From Tubiluchus corallicola (lineage: Eukaryota > Animalia > Priapulida), in the NCBI GenBank assembly GCA_030141605.1, contig JAQGDQ010001387.1, forward strand, positions 1-43,186: 43,186 nt of DNA. The letters are read 5' to 3'. A model generated the notes under the pieces. That model saw nothing but the letters and a program-made list of their open reading frames with translations. It did no database searches and was not told where the DNA came from. A program made the position numbers and the translations under genes. Shown one piece after another: positions 24,533-43,186 of this stretch (position 1 is the first letter of the stretch; each line of letters begins with the position of its first letter).

Positions 24533-25683
24533 CGAAATCGTACCGAAACTCATGAATATTATGATTTCTCATAACTTCGAGAACAGATTCTTTAAAGTTG
24601 TTTTACAGATTAGCTACAAATTGAAGCCATTTGGTACTACAGGATTTTATGAAGCCGCTGTTTACATAATAAATGAAATATTGTAAAACGGAAAAGTTTG
24701 TGAAATGATTTCCGCGTGGTTCAGGGGTAAATCATCGAAAATCCCAGTAGGAGGCGCTGTCTTTGCTTTCCGATTCCTTAAGGGAGTAGGGGGGGGGGGT
24801 CACTCACATCCAATTATGTCACGAAACACGAAACTTGGGTTAGGCTTGTGGATGTGTAAATCCATAAAGATTTTTATATAGCAAAGACAGTTACAGTTTG
24901 TATTCCTTATGACGTGCTGATACTAGCGCAGACAAAGTCATTAACTTTGGGTTTTTGGGTTTCTCTCTTAAGAATAACATGACTGTATCAGGCACAGCTG
25001 CATGTATAAACTCCAAGCATGTTTCTAGTTCTTAGTAAAGGGATTGTTAATCTTAGTCTAAACTATGGTTATCTCTCTTGCAAACGTGTTACGAAATACA
25101 TGGTCCATCTGTCTTGTCCGTGAATCTATGAACAGAGCGCTAGATAAATGGGACTGATGTGAGTTGTACACGTCGCTTGTGTTAACTCGATGATGCTGGG
25201 CTGAAAGGATGGCTTCCTATCTAATTGATCATAATTCTTGCTCCACTCTCCATCTGTCTTCTATTGTAACTTGGCTTTGCAGTCATTTTGAAGGCAGTGA
25301 GAAAAGAGGTCAGTTCTCTGCTTCACTGAATTCGTTGTGACAACCTGATATTTAGGGTTTCTTCAAATTCAGCAGTACATATGGTGGGATTGGAATCTAT
25401 CCCTTTATCGAGGATAATTCTCTAAGTTAAGATAATGAACGTGCAGAAGGATCATAGCCACGTTTCAATGTGTAGATAGTTGGATGGGAGATGAAATTAC
25501 CCAGGCACATCTAGCAGTTGCAAATCCATTTACTGATCAAGCTCGGCGAAGCGTAACTTCGATCGCTAAGTGCACTCCATTTATTGCTGAATTGGCTGTT
25601 CCCCTTTTTCCAAATATTTCTGACGTTTCGTTGTTGAAATTATTACTGAGAATATAGTTGTCTTCAGCAGTCACTCGCTTACT

Positions 25684-25755
25684 CATCCATCCATCCATCC
25701 ACCCATCCATCCATCCATCCATCCATCCATCCATCCATCCATCCATCCATCCATC
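25684..25755. repeat. (ATCC)n microsatellite, mirror copy
   Basis: Directly visible; interruption is at a different position from the left copy. Confidence 0.95.
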
Positions 25756-26942
25756 ATTTCACTTATTTCGTTCATTTATTCGTTCGTTCGTTCGTTGAAT
25801 CATGTTAGTTGCGAAAACCTATTAATTGTTAGCTACGTATGTAAATTAACAAATTGACTGCTCCGTGTGCAAGTTGTCTTTGCGTGTAGTTTAAATTGAT
25901 GCGATGGGGGTTTCCACGCAGCAAACTGATTTTCATTCTGGCGAAATTGCTGAAGCTGACAAATTCTGCTCCTAAATGGCTGTTATATCGCTCTTACGAT
26001 CTTGCTTATACATGCAAGGAGAAGACTGACTGTGCTATGAGAAGCTTGCAAATACGCTGGGTCCAATACAGTACAAGTTTGCCGGAAGAGAACGAGTTTT
26101 CTTTACCATTCAGGCACTCGTCCTCTAGTCTTTTCTTGCTCAATGAGATTGTTGTTACTTAATGATGGGATGTAAACCGTAATTACGTTTATTAGCGCCA
26201 TTTGCTTCTAGAACTGTTACACAACTTGCTCTTGTAGTATATTACCCAATATTTATTGGCAACGTCCGCTTTGCCTAAATTCTTAACTTTGCTTTAATTG
26301 CGACTAGGACAGATCTAAGCTTTGAAATGCAAGCTACCAAAATAATTGCAACCCACTTCACGTTCTAAACCCTTTGCTTCTAAGTGGCTTGAGGACCAAA
26401 AATTTAATTTTTTTTTACTCTTTCCGTTTATGGCATTACTAGATGATTGATGGTAACCCCCTCCTCTTCAGTCCGCCCTTAGTTGCAGCATCAGCGATTG
26501 ATGGTAACCCCCTCCTCTTCAGTCCGCCCTTAGTTGCAGCATCAGCAATATCAAATTATTCAACTTCCTCGAAACTATCATAACTGGAATTCTATAGGAT
26601 TGCCAGATGAGCAAATGATTGCGGGCAAAAAAGCTGCATCTCTCCAGTTTCCTTCGCGTCTTCGACTCGGGATGATATAATTTAATAGGGATTGAAAAGA
26701 AAACAATTCGTTTCTTGTTTCATTGAGGTTTCTCTGATCCCGGGGTGTCTGGCTGCCACGGGATATTGATTTCATTCATGAATAATCATAAACATCCTTT
26801 TTAACCTCTGAAAAGGTCATTGATTCACAGTTTGGTAATCATCTAATGATAAATGGTTTCATTTATGGATTTCAATCGTTTGGCTTCACTTTCATTTTTC
26901 CTTTGCCTTTTCTGAAAATCACTTCATCTGGTACTGTTCCCT

Positions 26943-27576
26943 ACCTTTGAAAAGTTGACTCAATATTAAAACTGTGTGTAAAAAACGTTATACCTTTGGT
27001 AAGTTGACTCAATATTAAAACTGTGTGTAAAAAAAGTTATACCTTTGGTAAGTTGACTCAATATTAAAACTGTGTGTAAAAAAGTTATACCTTTGGTAAG
27101 TTGACTCAATATTAAAACTGTGTGTAAAAAAGTTATACCTTTGGTAAGTTGACTCAATATTAAAACTGTGTGTAAAAAAAGTTAGTTATACCTTTGGTAA
27201 GTTGACTCAATATTAAAACTGTGTGTAAAAAAGTTATACCTTTGGTAAGTTGACTCAATATTAAAACTGTGTGTAAAAAACGTTATACCTTTGGTAAGTT
27301 GACTCAATATTAAAACTGTGTGTAAAAAAGTTATACCTTTGGTAAGTTGACTCAATATTAAAACTGTGTGTAAAAAAGTTATACCTTTGGTAAGTTGACT
27401 CAATATTAAAACTGTGTGTAAAAAACGTTATACCTTTGGTAAGTTGACTCAATATTAAAACTGTGTGTAAAAAAGTTATACCTTTGGTAAGTTGACTCAA
27501 TATTAAAACTGTGTGTAAAAAAGTTATACCTTTGGTAAGTTGACTCAATATTAAAACTGTGTGTAAAAAAAGTTAT
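26943..27576. repeat. 48-49-bp minisatellite, mirror copy
   Basis: Mirror of 15609..16242. Confidence 0.96.
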
Positions 27577-28082
27577 TTCTACTGTGTTAAATGTAGTTAT
27601 ACCTGTGCCTGGTTTTTTACACAAAAAGCGTGTCGAATTTATTCATCAGCGGGCTTTCATCATTGCTTTGTTTAGCAAAGAGTTGAAAATTACTTTACAA
27701 GCGTTGGCTCATTAATAACCCAGAAACTAATTACCTTGTTGAAAATTTGATTAACAAAACACAATTAAGCGTGGCGGTAACCATGGCAACACTTTAATGG
27801 TTGTAAACGTATCAAATGACTTTTATCCTCCGAATCACAAAACATGATATCCCTTTCCGAAGACCTTTTTAAATGCTTCAGTTAATTGTAATTCAACGTT
27901 CTAGTGCTGGGTCACACTTACGGGTCACTCATGTACAGTACACACATGGTGAATACCACGTCCAATGTAATAGTTTTGGTAATTTTGTCCAGTGCTACTT
28001 TATATCAAGTTCTTCTTGGCATTCTTGTTGGTTTTGGGTTTGCTTATTCGAATTGCATTTGATTTAACTTGTTTTCTTTCAG

Positions 28083-40910
<12,828 letters not shown>

Positions 40911-40963
40911 GTGAGCAGGTTTTTTCTTTTTTTAAATAAATATTTTTAGATAACAAGACAAAG

Positions 40964-41518
40964 TTATATTATTATTATTATTTTATCAAACAGTAATACG
41001 TAATACGTTGTACTTCGTTCAGTTACATGTGCTAGAAAGTGTAAAAGAACGTCTAACATACTAGTGTAATTTTTGTTTATACTACTGACATTAAAATGCA
41101 CAAAAGTGAAATCCTTACTGGTATTTGCTAAGTCATCTTGACTAGTTAGAGTTGACAGTTTATAATAATTACTTTCTTGATAAGGAAGAAAGTTATCAGG
41201 ATCATTATTATTAGTGGAAAAGTTAGTAAAAGTAGAAAACTCACGCAAAGAAGGTAGACTGGTCAGAGTTGACATGGATACATCTATTCTAAAAAATTCT
41301 TGTATATCCTCATTCTCTTGTTCCTGGAAGGGGAAAATATCATTTAAGCATTTAATACAATAATAAATATCATTATTACATCCTAGTATATTGAATTGGT
41401 TAATTGTCAGAGCAGTGCACCTTAAATGGGTCCACTGATAACAATTATCACAGTTAATAGAATTTTCATTATATTTACAGGGTCTAGCACATTTATTGCA
41501 AGGGTGCCTAACTGGCAT
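40964..41518 (-). mobile_element. Truncated PHD-APE LINE ORF, right copy
   Basis: Mirror of 1669..2223. Confidence 0.8.
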
Positions 41519-42001
41519 TGATAATATTTACATTTTTACACTTTAATTTGTTTTGTTCACTACTTTGCGAAAATCTGTTTCTGTTTCTATGGCAAACACT
41601 TCACTTTCATCATTGTATTTTAACAAAATTCTGCCATTTTTACAAAATTGCAAACATTGCTTACCATTGGGTCTAGGCAATTTTTGATAATTTCCTATTT
41701 TGCCTTAGTAAAATCAAATATATGTAAAACTACGTGTTTGTTCCACTAAAATATTTAATTTAGAACTTTAACCCTAACACTCATCATCAATCAACAGCCA
41801 CGACGACGCCTCCTACGAAATTCCGTACTTCGACCATATCCTCCTTTCTATACTGTTTCGTTAAAATGTTTTCAAGTTTCCGTGTTTGCCGGCCCATACA
41901 CGTAATCGTAACGACCTTCAGTTGTTAGTCTTGAACCTCTTTAGAATTCAGCAAGCAATCACTCCAAGAACGACTGCAGGACATGTATACACCGTATAGT
42001 T

Positions 42002-43186
42002 TCATATCACGAATCCACATTCATTTCTAAATTCCATCATAGCCGTAGTACATTCAATGATTCTTCTTATGACCTCCATATTCGTTTGGTATAATAGATC
42101 ACGGGCATCAACCTGCAAACATTTACTTAAGCTGCTACTAACAAATAGATGTTCAGTTGTCTCTTCCTCAGTATTACACATGGGGCACATTAAATTATTT
42201 ATGTGGGCATTTTCTAACATACTTAAATTAATTTTCATAATTATTATGACCCATTTTATTCACACCTAATTCGTATATTAAAAATTCATTGTCAAGAAAT
42301 GAATTTCATTGTTTGAGAAATCTCAATTTTGTCATTTTACTGCATTCTGCTCTGAACACCACTACTTTTTTGCCACTTTAACTTTAACCATCTTTTCCGT
42401 TCAGACTTCTTGTTTTTAATTATTTGTTCCATATCACTACTGTTTATTTCATAGCAATTAGCAATTTTTAAAATCTCATTGTACCAGCATTGTTCATACA
42501 GTCTATTTTTCGTTCTACAACTATTTGTTTAGCTGTCCTATAATCATCAGAATTCATTAATGATGATAAAACATTAACTTTTTGTAATCAACTTTATTTT
42601 TAATCAGCCACCAGTTTGCTTGAGCTAAAATGCCCCAGTAAGGAGTTGGTTTTTTCTGACACAATTTTGTTAAAGCTTTAAACTAAATACTTTCTAACCT
42701 TTTTCACTTTGTATTTGTTATATCTGCCCACGTTTCACTACTATATAACAATGCAGGTATCACCATTGTCTCATAGATAATTAACCTAGCTTCTGTTGAT
42801 TTATGGCCCATATTTGATACAGCCCCAACATTATTTATTCCCATTATCATTACTTTCATTCTATATTTTCTTTCTTTTAACACGACATCATATCTGTTTT
42901 TAGTTGAAACCAGTCACCAAAGTACATACATGTTTTTGCCTTGCTGATTGCACCATATTTAACAAATTCTTTTATTTCAACTGTCATTTTCTTTTTGCTC
43001 ATCTTTGTTTTCATATACTCGCTTTTTGTATGATTTAAAAATCTTACTCGTTTTTGCTCCTCAGTTTCTCCAAAATTCTCGACTACATTTTTTATTATTT
43101 CGCTAGATTCAATACCCAAAACATCGTCGACATATGGAATTGTTCCGATTTCAAGATTTGGACCAAGCATAGTATTTGGATATGTA
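42002..43186 (-). mobile_element. Degenerate LINE RT remnant, right copy
   Basis: Mirror of 1..1185. Confidence 0.85.

Overview
AT-rich, intron-rich animal (invertebrate-like) genomic DNA whose dominant feature is one giant inverted repeat: arm 1..20560 is the reverse complement of arm 22644..43186, around a unique 2083-bp spacer (20561..22643). Each arm carries the same 11 GT-AG exons (1404 nt, 468 codons, open frame) of an inositol 1,4,5-trisphosphate receptor (ITPR), equivalent to roughly residues 94-571 of vertebrate ITPR1. The two copies point outward from the centre. I could not find the first ~93 codons between them, so both look 5'-truncated. The right junction falls in the cut-off third unit of a 35-bp tandem repeat at a CAAAA(A)GT microhomology whose inverted partner is at the left junction, the signature of fold-back or template-switch synthesis. 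That event may be biological or an amplification/assembly artefact; sequence alone cannot decide. The introns hold a diverged duplicate exon, two in-frame microexon candidates, two LINE remnants, a tRNA/5S-like SINE, a 48-bp minisatellite with 13 AP-1 consensus sites and several other tandem repeats. All calls are by eye, with no database searches.
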